Virus record (IMG/VR): IMGVR_UViG_3300038675_000398
Coordinates: 1 to 52,023 of that record
Length of the DNA stretch: 52,023 bases
DNA from: a virus
Taxonomy: Duplodnaviria > Caudoviricetes
Direction: 5' to 3' (one strand)
How positions within the stretch are numbered: position 1 is the first letter of the stretch; each line of letters opens with the position of its first letter. This document shows positions 44,283 to 52,023 of this stretch, piece by piece. The notes beneath the pieces were generated by a model. It ran no database searches, was not told the DNA's origin, and was given only the letters and a program-made list of their open reading frames with translations. The position numbers and the translations under genes were made by a program.

Positions 44283-44308
44283 CGGACGGGGGCGAAAGCC
44301 CCCGACCG
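44283..44308 (+). other. GC-rich intergenic RNA hairpin with GAAA tetraloop
   Basis: CGG-A-CGGGGGC-GAAA-GCCCCCG-A-CCG; no U tract follows. Confidence 0.6.
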
Positions 44309-44340
44309 TATTAAAAGTCAAACAATTAACACCTAACATT

Positions 44341-44550
44341 ATGAAAACAACATACGCAGGAGTAACAACGGAATTAGTAACAGCGGCAATGGAAAAGTTC
44401 CCGTCTCTTAAAAAAGTATTTACACGTCGAATAACTGTAGTTAAAAATGACATAAACGGTCGCGATATGTATCGCATGCCGATTTTATTAGATAACGGAG
44501 GAAAAGGTTATCATCACGCTTTTTATTACTATGTAGATGGCAGCAAATAA
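44341..44550 (+). CDS. small early hypothetical protein
   Basis: 69 aa, A-rich leader. Confidence 0.6.
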   Translation: MKTTYAGVTTELVTAAMEKFPSLKKVFTRRITVVKNDINGRDMYRMPILLDNGGKGYHHAFYYYVDGSK

Positions 44551-44572
44551 TAAACCAATTAAAATAAACATT

Positions 44573-44995
44573 ATGGCAACAAGAAAAGGGACAACGGTGT
44601 ATCTGCCTGAAGATCAGGCAAGGTATATACAAGAAAATTACAAGAATCAAAACGTGGGCATCATTAGTGCTCTGGATGCGCTGATCATGATCCGGACTTA
44701 TTCTCTGTCAGAGATCAGAGGTCGCTTCAGCCCTGAAGAATGGTCGTTCCTGGCCGATTCGCTAAACGGCACAATCACAGACGGATCATTTAGGTGCAAC
44801 GCAGGAGCCCTGGCGTATCACTGCCAGGATGCTGACAAGCTTGACGACCTGGGCGAGAAGTGGGAAATTGACGTCTTGGACCTTATGGACAAGATCAAAG
44901 ACCTAACCGCTGCACAGGTGGATGCAGTCTATTTCAGGGTTGAACAATTCTGGGATAGTGAGGATAAAGATCTGGAAGAATTTAGCCAATTTTAA
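44573..44995 (+). CDS. hypothetical protein, possible ribbon-helix-helix N-terminus
   Basis: Start probably MATRKGTTVYLPEDQARYI at 44573 (leader aaaataaacattATG); acidic C-terminus. Confidence 0.6.
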   Translation: MATRKGTTVYLPEDQARYIQENYKNQNVGIISALDALIMIRTYSLSEIRGRFSPEEWSFLADSLNGTITDGSFRCNAGALAYHCQDADKLDDLGEKWEIDVLDLMDKIKDLTAAQVDAVYFRVEQFWDSEDKDLEEFSQF

Positions 44996-45040
44996 CAAGC
45001 GCATTGATAGGGAACCGGCGCATACAAATCTACTTATGGT

Positions 45041-45085
45041 GAAATGTTTTGTATTTTTTCTTGCATCATTGCGAAATGTTTTGTA
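45041..45085 (+). promoter_or_regulatory. 13-bp direct repeat, putative operator pair upstream of the antirepressor
   Basis: GAAATGTTTTGTA at 45041-45053 and 45073-45085 (32-bp period). Confidence 0.6.
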
Positions 45086-45148
45086 ATATCGCAGTCAAGT
45101 AAGCACTAATATATGTTTTTAGCATATAATTAAAGCAACGATAAAGGC

Positions 45149-45904
45149 ATGAACGAGATTCAGATTTTTAAGCATGATTCATTCGGCCAGGTCCGGGTGA
45201 TCAACGAAGACAACCCTTTGTTTTGCGCTACTGATGTAGCTACAATATTAGGTTATTCAAATCCTGCAGCGGCAGTGCAAAGGCATTGTAAGGGTATAAC
45301 GAAACGTGATACCCTTACTTCCGGTGGGGTGCAAGACCTTTTATATATTCCTGAATCAGACGTTTACAGATTAGTAATGCGGTCAAAACTCCCGGAAGCA
45401 GAAGGATTTCAGGACTGGGTATGTGAGGTTGTTCTCCCTTCGATCCGCAAAACCAGTGGCTACATTCACGCCTCAGAGAGCGACACTCCGGAGACGATTA
45501 TGGCCAAAGCGGTCCTTATCGCACAGGAGACAATCAAGGAACAGGAGCGAAAGATCTTGAAACAACAGCAACAAATTAAAGAAGCGGCTTCAAAAGTCCT
45601 GTTTGCGGATGCGGTTGCCACATCGCCACAATCCTGTCTGGTGCGTGAGTTGGCTAAATTGTTATGCCAAAGGGGTGTTGATATTGGCGAAAAAAGACTG
45701 TACGAGTATCTTCGTGGAAATGGGTACTTGATTGCCAGTGGGGCGCATAGAAACGAACCCTACCAACGGTATGTTGAAATGGGACTATTTGAGACAATAG
45801 AATGGCCCGTTTATAAGGCAGAGACTATAGACATAAAAAAAACAACAAAAGTTACCGGTAAAGGGCAGATCTATTTCATTAACAAGTTCCTAAAGCAGTC
45901 ATGA
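45149..45904 (+). CDS. phage antirepressor (BRO-N plus KilAC/ANT domains)
   Basis: FGQVRVI...PLFCATDVATILGYSNP...IPESDVYRLVMRSKLPEAEGFQDWV.EVVLPSIRKT; KVLFADAV...TTKVTGKGQIYFINKF. Confidence 0.9.
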   Translation: MNEIQIFKHDSFGQVRVINEDNPLFCATDVATILGYSNPAAAVQRHCKGITKRDTLTSGGVQDLLYIPESDVYRLVMRSKLPEAEGFQDWVCEVVLPSIRKTSGYIHASESDTPETIMAKAVLIAQETIKEQERKILKQQQQIKEAASKVLFADAVATSPQSCLVRELAKLLCQRGVDIGEKRLYEYLRGNGYLIASGAHRNEPYQRYVEMGLFETIEWPVYKAETIDIKKTTKVTGKGQIYFINKFLKQS

Positions 45905-45946
45905 CTGCTTTAGGAAACAATAACAAAATTACAATCATTATCTACT

Positions 45947-46243
45947 ATGAAAACTGAAGACATAATCAAATTGAGCCAAGATGCGAAGAGCAAGCTGAAT
46001 GCTCTGTTCGGATCTGAATGTGTAATGACCCATCTTGGCATTACATGGCTTGGGGCGGACAAGTACATGATCGAGATAAAGGTAAACATTGCCGGAGTAC
46101 CCTTTGAATGCCACAGCACAAAAGGAATCAACCAAGCCATTGACGAATTGCTTGAAAGGTACAGAGTCTATATGCAAAAGGATATGGAAATCCTTTGTAC
46201 GAGAAAGCAGATGTCAGAGATTGTCCTGGATAATTTATTATAA
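45947..46243 (+). CDS. hypothetical protein
   Basis: 98 aa, co-oriented within the early operon. Confidence 0.6.
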   Translation: MKTEDIIKLSQDAKSKLNALFGSECVMTHLGITWLGADKYMIEIKVNIAGVPFECHSTKGINQAIDELLERYRVYMQKDMEILCTRKQMSEIVLDNLL

Positions 46244-46376
46244 TCAATAGGAGTAGGGTTTTTCTCATATCTGCATTAAAAATCACGTTTTAACCCTTTA
46301 TCTTATTTCGCTGTGAAGCGCAATCCATAGCCCTGCTCCTTTCTTTTGAAACAACCCAATTTAATACATTTTTATT

Positions 46377-46634
46377 ATGAACAAAACTGAATTTATTGAG
46401 CGCATATCTCAGCGCACAGGCTTTACAAAGAGCCAAGCCGAAATTGTTATTGAGGCCGCATTACAAACCATCAAGGAAGAGGATATGGTAGCCTTGCGAG
46501 GCTTTGCGACATTTATCAAGAAGGTCTATCCGGCCAGAACGTTCATCATCGGGGACAAAGCATGCCATTCCCCTATGCGCATTCGCACAATTTTCAAACC
46601 CTCAAAAACCTGGGACGGAAAGCCTGTTGAATAA
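46377..46634 (+). CDS. HU/IHF-family DNA-binding protein (divergent)
   Basis: MNKTEFIERISQRTGFTKSQAE...VALRGFATF...PART...FKPSK. Confidence 0.85.
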   Translation: MNKTEFIERISQRTGFTKSQAEIVIEAALQTIKEEDMVALRGFATFIKKVYPARTFIIGDKACHSPMRIRTIFKPSKTWDGKPVE

Positions 46635-46652
46635 GCGTAAAGAGAGATCCCT

Positions 46653-46886
46653 ATGAGCCTTAAGAGTATCCAAACCAAAAACATCGAGCTGAGCCTGGGC
46701 TATATTCACAAAGCCCAGGACCGGCTTGAGATGGCATTGTCTTTTGCAGACGATTGGGCGCTAAAATCAATCGGAACAAAGTACCATGAAACTGCACAAC
46801 TACTATCTAAACAGCTACACCACGCCTCCGACATTCTATGCGAGGCGTCTGTAATTACCAATAAATCAATTAATATAGTAAAATGA
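46653..46886 (+). CDS. hypothetical protein
   Basis: 77 aa, helical; stop overlaps the next start. Confidence 0.5.
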   Translation: MSLKSIQTKNIELSLGYIHKAQDRLEMALSFADDWALKSIGTKYHETAQLLSKQLHHASDILCEASVITNKSINIVK

Positions 46887-47230
46887 AAAAGAAACAATCA
46901 ACCACGCCGGATAAAAAGATAACCGGCCAAAACGAAACAGGGCAGGAGTTTATTTCAGAATATGTTAAACTTGCAACAGAGGAGTCCGACAGGATGTTGT
47001 CAAACCTAAAGGGACACCTTAAGGAGTCTGAGGACAACCCTAACAACCTGCTCATTATCGCCTCAAACCTTGATCATTTTCATGTATCCATAGTGGGAGG
47101 CAGCTATCCGCTCATACGCGCACTAGCGATGACAATGTATAAAAACGAAATGTTTTTTAAGATTGTTTCAACCGCACTGGACGCGTTTTATGAAGCAAAA
47201 AAAAGAATGCAAACAAGAGAGGCAAAATGA
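46883..47230 (+). CDS. hypothetical protein
   Basis: 115 aa, ATGA-coupled to the ATPase gene. Confidence 0.6.
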   Translation: MKKKQSTTPDKKITGQNETGQEFISEYVKLATEESDRMLSNLKGHLKESEDNPNNLLIIASNLDHFHVSIVGGSYPLIRALAMTMYKNEMFFKIVSTALDAFYEAKKRMQTREAK

Positions 47231-49188
47231 AAAAGATACAAATAAACTACCTGAAGCTTGAGAACTTCAAGGGAATAAAGGACCTTGAAGTTGCTTTTGC
47301 CCCGGATCTGACAGTCATATCCGGGCAGAACGCAACAGGAAAGACAACCATAGCGGATGCTTTTTCCTGGGTACTATTCAATAGTGACACCAGCAACCGA
47401 TCGGATTTCAAAGTGCAAACGCACATTGACGGGGAATTGGTCCCCGAAATTGAAACGAAGGTGGAATTGATGCTGACAGAGCTTTCTGGATCCAACGAGT
47501 TGCAGCACACTTTTACCCGGGTGGTGCGTCAGAAATGGGCAAAAGACAGAGGAACGAAGGAATTGTCCTTCCGGGGTATAGAATCCGTTTATTTTTATAA
47601 TGACGTGCCCCTCAATCTATCAGATTACAACAAAAAGATAGATGAAGTATGCGAAAGGAGCATATTTAAGCTGCTCACGTCAGTTACGGCCTTTTGTTCC
47701 CTCTCCACAAAGGAACGCCGGGCAATCATTGACCAGGTGGCTGGGATTGAAAACGTGGACAACGAGCTGCTTGCTTCAGACGCATACGCCATGCTTCGGC
47801 AGAAGGTTGCCGAACGGAAGACTCTCCAGGAGGTTAAGACCGAAGTGTCGGCCAAGATCAGAAAACTGAAAGACGAACTTAAAGCCATCCCAACCAGGCG
47901 TGACGAAGCTTACCGGTCCTTACCGGCCGAGATGCCAAACTTTGATGCTATCCGTAAGGAACAGGCTGAAGTGGACCGCAACATCACCCGGCTGGAAGAA
48001 GAGTTGATGGGAGTGGGTAAAAATGCCGCCAATGAGGAGATAATAAAAGAGGTGAGCCGAGTCCGCAATGATATGTTCGAGGTGGTTGAAGGTTTGCGGA
48101 CAGATCTGCAGAATAAAAAAGATGATCTACAGAATAAGCTTACAAAAATTCAAAGAGAATCATCACAGCTGAAGATGTTCATGGATGACAGCTCTAAGAA
48201 GGTGGAAGAAAACGAGCCTTTGGCAAAGAAGTGCGAGGAGAGGCTTATGCAGCTTGGACAACGCTGGGACGAACTTAACAGGCAATCCCCGGAAGAATTG
48301 CCCGAAAAATGCGAGTGCTGTGGTCATGTGTTCACACAACATGAGCGAGCAGAAAAGGGAGCTGAGCTGGTAAAAGCTTTCAACGCAAGGCGTCAGAAAG
48401 AATATGATAGCATTGAGGCGGAGGGTAATACGACACATAAGCTCATGCAATCATATATTGACGCAAATAACACGTTGCGCCAAGAAGTGGCCAAGTCACT
48501 TACAGCACTTCAAAAGCTGCAAAAAGAAGAGATTGAAACACAGGTCGCCCTAAACAGCTTACCCACTCTTGCTGCATTAACAGAGGCGAGCAAGGAACAC
48601 ACGTTTCTGCAGAACAAACTTGCCGAGCTTAACGGCAAGATTACGGCCCCCGAGCTTACAGGTGCCGACCAGGTGCGCATTGACAAAAAGACCGAGCTTA
48701 AGGCGAGATACCGGGAATTGGTGGAAGCACTTGCGAAAGAGGGCCAGTACAACGCAATTAACCAACGCATATCTGATATTGATGAGCAGGAAAAACAATT
48801 TGCTGAGGAGCTATCTAAACAGGAGGAGATCCTTATTGAGCTAAGCGAGTTTGAAAGGGAGAAGGCGGATCTGATAACTGAGAGGGTAAATTCCCTTTTC
48901 CAGATTGTTACATTCCGTCTGTATGAGCAGAATGTAACCAATGATAGCGAGAAAATCATGTGTGAATGCCTGGTGGACGGGATCCCTTATTCTACCAACC
49001 TGAATATGGGGGCAAAAATCAATGCCGGCCTGGATATCTGCATTGCCCTGCAAAGGCACTACAGAGTCATTGCCCCGATATGGATTGACAACATGGAGTC
49101 CGTATCCGACATTACAGTAAATAACGATATTAACGCACAGCTAGCCGTTTTGCGAGTTGTGCCCGATTTACAATTAACAATAGCATAA
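47227..49188 (+). CDS. SbcC/Rad50-like ABC ATPase with coiled coil and zinc hook
   Basis: LENFKGI, GQNATGKTT (Walker A), long coiled coil, CECCG hook, LNMGAKIN signature, IWIDNMES (Walker B). Confidence 0.85.
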   Translation: MKKIQINYLKLENFKGIKDLEVAFAPDLTVISGQNATGKTTIADAFSWVLFNSDTSNRSDFKVQTHIDGELVPEIETKVELMLTELSGSNELQHTFTRVVRQKWAKDRGTKELSFRGIESVYFYNDVPLNLSDYNKKIDEVCERSIFKLLTSVTAFCSLSTKERRAIIDQVAGIENVDNELLASDAYAMLRQKVAERKTLQEVKTEVSAKIRKLKDELKAIPTRRDEAYRSLPAEMPNFDAIRKEQAEVDRNITRLEEELMGVGKNAANEEIIKEVSRVRNDMFEVVEGLRTDLQNKKDDLQNKLTKIQRESSQLKMFMDDSSKKVEENEPLAKKCEERLMQLGQRWDELNRQSPEELPEKCECCGHVFTQHERAEKGAELVKAFNARRQKEYDSIEAEGNTTHKLMQSYIDANNTLRQEVAKSLTALQKLQKEEIETQVALNSLPTLAALTEASKEHTFLQNKLAELNGKITAPELTGADQVRIDKKTELKARYRELVEALAKEGQYNAINQRISDIDEQEKQFAEELSKQEEILIELSEFEREKADLITERVNSLFQIVTFRLYEQNVTNDSEKIMCECLVDGIPYSTNLNMGAKINAGLDICIALQRHYRVIAPIWIDNMESVSDITVNNDINAQLAVLRVVPDLQLTIA

Positions 49189-49192
49189 TATT

Positions 49193-49960
49193 ATGGAAAA
49201 TCAATCATTACAAACAGCAGCAAAACAGCCCGAAAGAGGCAGGGTAACTTATCAATCTGGTGGACAGGATGTAACCTTGTCATACCAAATAGTACGGAGC
49301 TTTTTAACTAAAGGAGACGGCCAGGTTACAGATCAGGATTTGACACAATTCATTAGCGTATGCAAGTACAACCAGCTTAACCCCTTCCTTAACGAAGCCT
49401 ACCTGGTAAAATTTGGCACCAAACCGGCACAGATGATTGTCAGCAAGGAAGCGTACATGAAAAGAGCCGAATCTTGCGATACCTATGATGGTATGCAGGC
49501 AGGGGTTATTGTGCTACGTGACAACCAGGTCATTGAGCTGGAAGGGAATTTCTATCTAAACTCAGATAAACTGCTCGGCGGATGGGCAAAGGTTTACCGA
49601 TCTGACCGTAAATACCCATTTGTCGCCAAAATCCGGATAGAAGAATACAACAAAGGAAGATCTACCTGGAATGAAATCCCGTCCACGATGATTGCAAAAG
49701 TGGCAAAGGTCCAGGCGTTAAGAGAAGCTTTTCCGGCACAATTTGGGGCTATGTATGTACACGAGGAAGCTGCCGCAATCGAGGATACTAGGTATGAAGA
49801 TGTAAGTAAATCTGTTACCCAGGAGATAAAAGAGAATGCCGGGAAGAATAAAGTTGATTTAAGCAGTCCAGAAGCGCCAGGTCAACAAGAAGAAAACTCG
49901 CCTAAATCAGATCCACAAGTGGACCTTCCGAAAGAAAAACCATCATTCATGAGGCCGTAA
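49193..49960 (+). CDS. bet: Bet/RecT-family single-strand annealing recombinase
   Basis: FISVCKYNQLNPFLNEAYLVKF, GGWAKVYR, W...PSTMIAKVAKVQALREAFP...MYVHEE. Confidence 0.85.
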   Translation: MENQSLQTAAKQPERGRVTYQSGGQDVTLSYQIVRSFLTKGDGQVTDQDLTQFISVCKYNQLNPFLNEAYLVKFGTKPAQMIVSKEAYMKRAESCDTYDGMQAGVIVLRDNQVIELEGNFYLNSDKLLGGWAKVYRSDRKYPFVAKIRIEEYNKGRSTWNEIPSTMIAKVAKVQALREAFPAQFGAMYVHEEAAAIEDTRYEDVSKSVTQEIKENAGKNKVDLSSPEAPGQQEENSPKSDPQVDLPKEKPSFMRP

Positions 49961-49964
49961 CAAT

Positions 49965-50717
49965 ATGAGGCTGCACGTATTTGCAAGCGGATCCACCGCT
50001 AACGGATACCTACTTTACAACGACAGGGAAGCTTTGGTTATTGAAGCCGGAGTCCCTGTCAGTAAGGTGGTCCGTTTCCTTAAAGGAAATACCGGCATAA
50101 TAGCAGGGTGCCTATTGACACACGAACATCAGGATCACGCAAAATACGTAAGGCAGTATATGTTAAGGGCAATCAATATCAACACATCAAAAGGGACTGC
50201 GGACAAGCTAGACCTCCGGGATGCTGGCCGTATTAACATTTGTCGGAATTGGGAGATTTTCAGCACCGGCAGGTTTACTGTCCGCCCCTTTAGTGTGCAT
50301 CATGACGCTGCAGAGCCGTTTGGGTATTTCATACACCACCCTGATTGCGGCAATATATTGTTTGCCACGGATACATACTACCTGGATCATAGCGTGTCAT
50401 CAGGATTGAATCAAATAATGATCGAATGCAATTACTCCCGGGATCTTTTGGATAAGAATTACCAGGCAAAAAAGACACACCCTATTGTGCGTAATAGGAC
50501 GCTAAAATCACACATGGAACACAAGATATGCCTGGAAGCTATCTTGTCAAACAATTTGCACGATGTAGCCAACATTGTTCTCTTGCACCTTTCATCAAAT
50601 AACGCCGATCCGGATATGTACGTCAATAGCGTTATTGAACGGTCCGGGAAGCGTGTTTTTCTTGCCCGTAAGGGCCTTGACATTGATTTTAATATAAACC
50701 CTTGTTTTAATGGATAA
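49965..50717 (+). CDS. MBL-fold metallo-hydrolase (probable exonuclease partner of Bet)
   Basis: SGSTANGY, THEHQDH, HDAAEP, FATDT, IECNY, SHM, LLHLS. Confidence 0.88.
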   Translation: MRLHVFASGSTANGYLLYNDREALVIEAGVPVSKVVRFLKGNTGIIAGCLLTHEHQDHAKYVRQYMLRAININTSKGTADKLDLRDAGRINICRNWEIFSTGRFTVRPFSVHHDAAEPFGYFIHHPDCGNILFATDTYYLDHSVSSGLNQIMIECNYSRDLLDKNYQAKKTHPIVRNRTLKSHMEHKICLEAILSNNLHDVANIVLLHLSSNNADPDMYVNSVIERSGKRVFLARKGLDIDFNINPCFNG

Positions 50718-51102
50718 ATCATCAATACAAGAGACGTATCCTGTTCTTAACGAGTTAACAGATATGCACTCAACATTGACCTCCCCTATTGATCCGGATG
50801 ATGGGCCAATGTTGTCCGAAAGGTTGTCGATAATCTCTGTATATATGCCCCGTCTTGCATATATAGTCACAGATGCAAAATATAACCAGGACTGCGCAAT
50901 AAGAAAGGTTTTTGAGTTGCATAGTGAATATATTGCCAACCTGAAATCGCTTATTGCGAAAAGGTTTATTTCATCACTTACCCCTGCTGAAAACTACATT
51001 GTTTCCATAGCTGAAGAGCTTCTTGATGTATGTAAAAAGCAAGGAGATTTTATACGAACACAGATATCGTACATTAAATCTACACAACAATACCTTGGAT
51101 AA
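50710..51102 (+). CDS. hypothetical helical protein
   Basis: 130 aa, overlapping both neighbours. Confidence 0.6.
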   Translation: MDKSSIQETYPVLNELTDMHSTLTSPIDPDDGPMLSERLSIISVYMPRLAYIVTDAKYNQDCAIRKVFELHSEYIANLKSLIAKRFISSLTPAENYIVSIAEELLDVCKKQGDFIRTQISYIKSTQQYLG

Positions 51103-51953
51103 TGGCTGGAAGAAAAGAAAAATATACAGTTGATTACTTTCCCCACTCCTGCAAACATGGGAAGACTTTATTCATCCTGGAGAGCAAGTACGGCAATGAC
51201 GGCTATGCGGTGTGGTTTAAGACATTAGAGATGCTTGGGGATAGCGAAAACCATTTCATTGATTGTAGGGATACCGCAACCTGGGAATATATGCAAGCAA
51301 AAATGCACGTCAATAGTGATTTATTACTACAGATATACAACACACTTGCGCATTTAGGCAAAATTGACGCTGATCTATGGTCAAAGAGGGTTATTTGGTG
51401 CGCAAATTTCGTTCAAAACGTGATGGACGCTTACGCAAGAAGATCTACCCTTCCTTTGTCAAAAGATAATTTATGTAATCATTTATTCAATTTATGTGAA
51501 CAAAAATGCAGCTCAGATAATATTTCTGATGACATAATTACACAAAGTAAAGTAAAGGAAAGTAAAGAAGAGAATAGTAATATGCGCACCGAATTGTGCG
51601 CAACACTGACTCCAAGGGTGGAGGATACTTCATTGCATCCGGAGGATTATAAACCTAAAGATGATAAAGGCAGCGTGGCAGAGGAATATCCTTTCTCGGA
51701 GTTTTGGGAGTTTTACGACAAGAAAAGGGATAAAGGGAGAGCTGAAAGGTTGTATAAGAAGATTTCTTTGCGCGATCGCAAATGTATTTTCGCAACACTC
51801 CAGGCATACAAAGATTCAACCCCGGACAAGCAGTATCGAAAAAACCCCGACACCTATCTGCGCAACCGAACATGGGAAGATGAAATAATCCCTCCCGACA
51901 ATGACGGACGTTCAAAGACACCGGCGCAAGTACTTAGGATTGACATTTTATAA
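51102..51953 (+). CDS. phage replication initiator (DUF4373/Lin1244-like N-terminus)
   Basis: DYFPH...ILESKYGNDGYAVWFKTLE; QSKVKESKE linker; FSEFWEFYDKK...KNPDTYLRNRTWEDE C-terminal domain. Confidence 0.75.
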   Translation: MAGRKEKYTVDYFPHSCKHGKTLFILESKYGNDGYAVWFKTLEMLGDSENHFIDCRDTATWEYMQAKMHVNSDLLLQIYNTLAHLGKIDADLWSKRVIWCANFVQNVMDAYARRSTLPLSKDNLCNHLFNLCEQKCSSDNISDDIITQSKVKESKEENSNMRTELCATLTPRVEDTSLHPEDYKPKDDKGSVAEEYPFSEFWEFYDKKRDKGRAERLYKKISLRDRKCIFATLQAYKDSTPDKQYRKNPDTYLRNRTWEDEIIPPDNDGRSKTPAQVLRIDIL

Positions 51954-51971
51954 TATTAATAAATAATTATC

Positions 51972-52023
51972 ATGAGAAGCAGTAATACAGAGATTCACAT
52001 TTTAGGGACGTTAATATCTGAGG
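51972..52023 (+). CDS. start of the next gene, possibly DnaB-like helicase (truncated by window)
   Basis: MRSSNTEIHILGTLISE resembles the ExxVLGxL N-terminus of DnaB; follows the initiator; only 17 codons visible. Confidence 0.35.
   Translation, partial: MRSSNTEIHILGTLISE

Noticed and set aside
45149-45904. Proof of a temperate lifestyle or prophage state
   Set aside because: An antirepressor is suggestive, but no integrase, repressor, att site or host gene is visible in the window.
1-52023. Alternative genetic code (stop-codon reassignment as in some crAss-like phages)
   Set aside because: Genes tile densely under the standard code, and TAA, TAG and TGA are all used as apparent stops.
1-52023. 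Apparent abundance of CCGG and GGATCC sites
   Set aside because: Only an impression; it cannot be supported without k-mer counting against a Markov background.

Overview
The whole window is part of a tailed dsDNA phage or prophage genome, most likely infecting a Bacteroidota host. Evidence for the host: TAnnTTTG-type promoter boxes, A-rich translation starts without Shine-Dalgarno, and BACON/Ig-like tail proteins. Left to right: a minus-strand tail/appendage cluster, holin, head genes (major capsid, scaffold), an inverted plus-strand island (small basic protein, rhomboid-like intramembrane protease, large terminase), a P22-like portal, a 6598-aa polyvalent DarB-like protein and two probable ejection proteins. 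After an AT-rich divergent control region come the plus-strand early genes: BRO-N/KilAC antirepressor, HU, SbcC-like ATPase, Bet/RecT, MBL nuclease and replication initiator. No tape measure, sheath, integrase, endolysin, tRNA or CRISPR is seen; a podovirus-like virion is inferred. The most striking signals are: (1) a major capsid protein with an N-terminal membrane/signal-like leader near a phage-encoded rhomboid protease, with no canonical prohead protease; (2) small +1-frame ORFs with good start contexts nested in the linkers of the giant gene; (3) an RYR motif at successive domain junctions of that giant protein; (4) a 13-bp box placed exactly 22 bp upstream of three late promoters. All family assignments come from motif recognition by eye, not from database searches.
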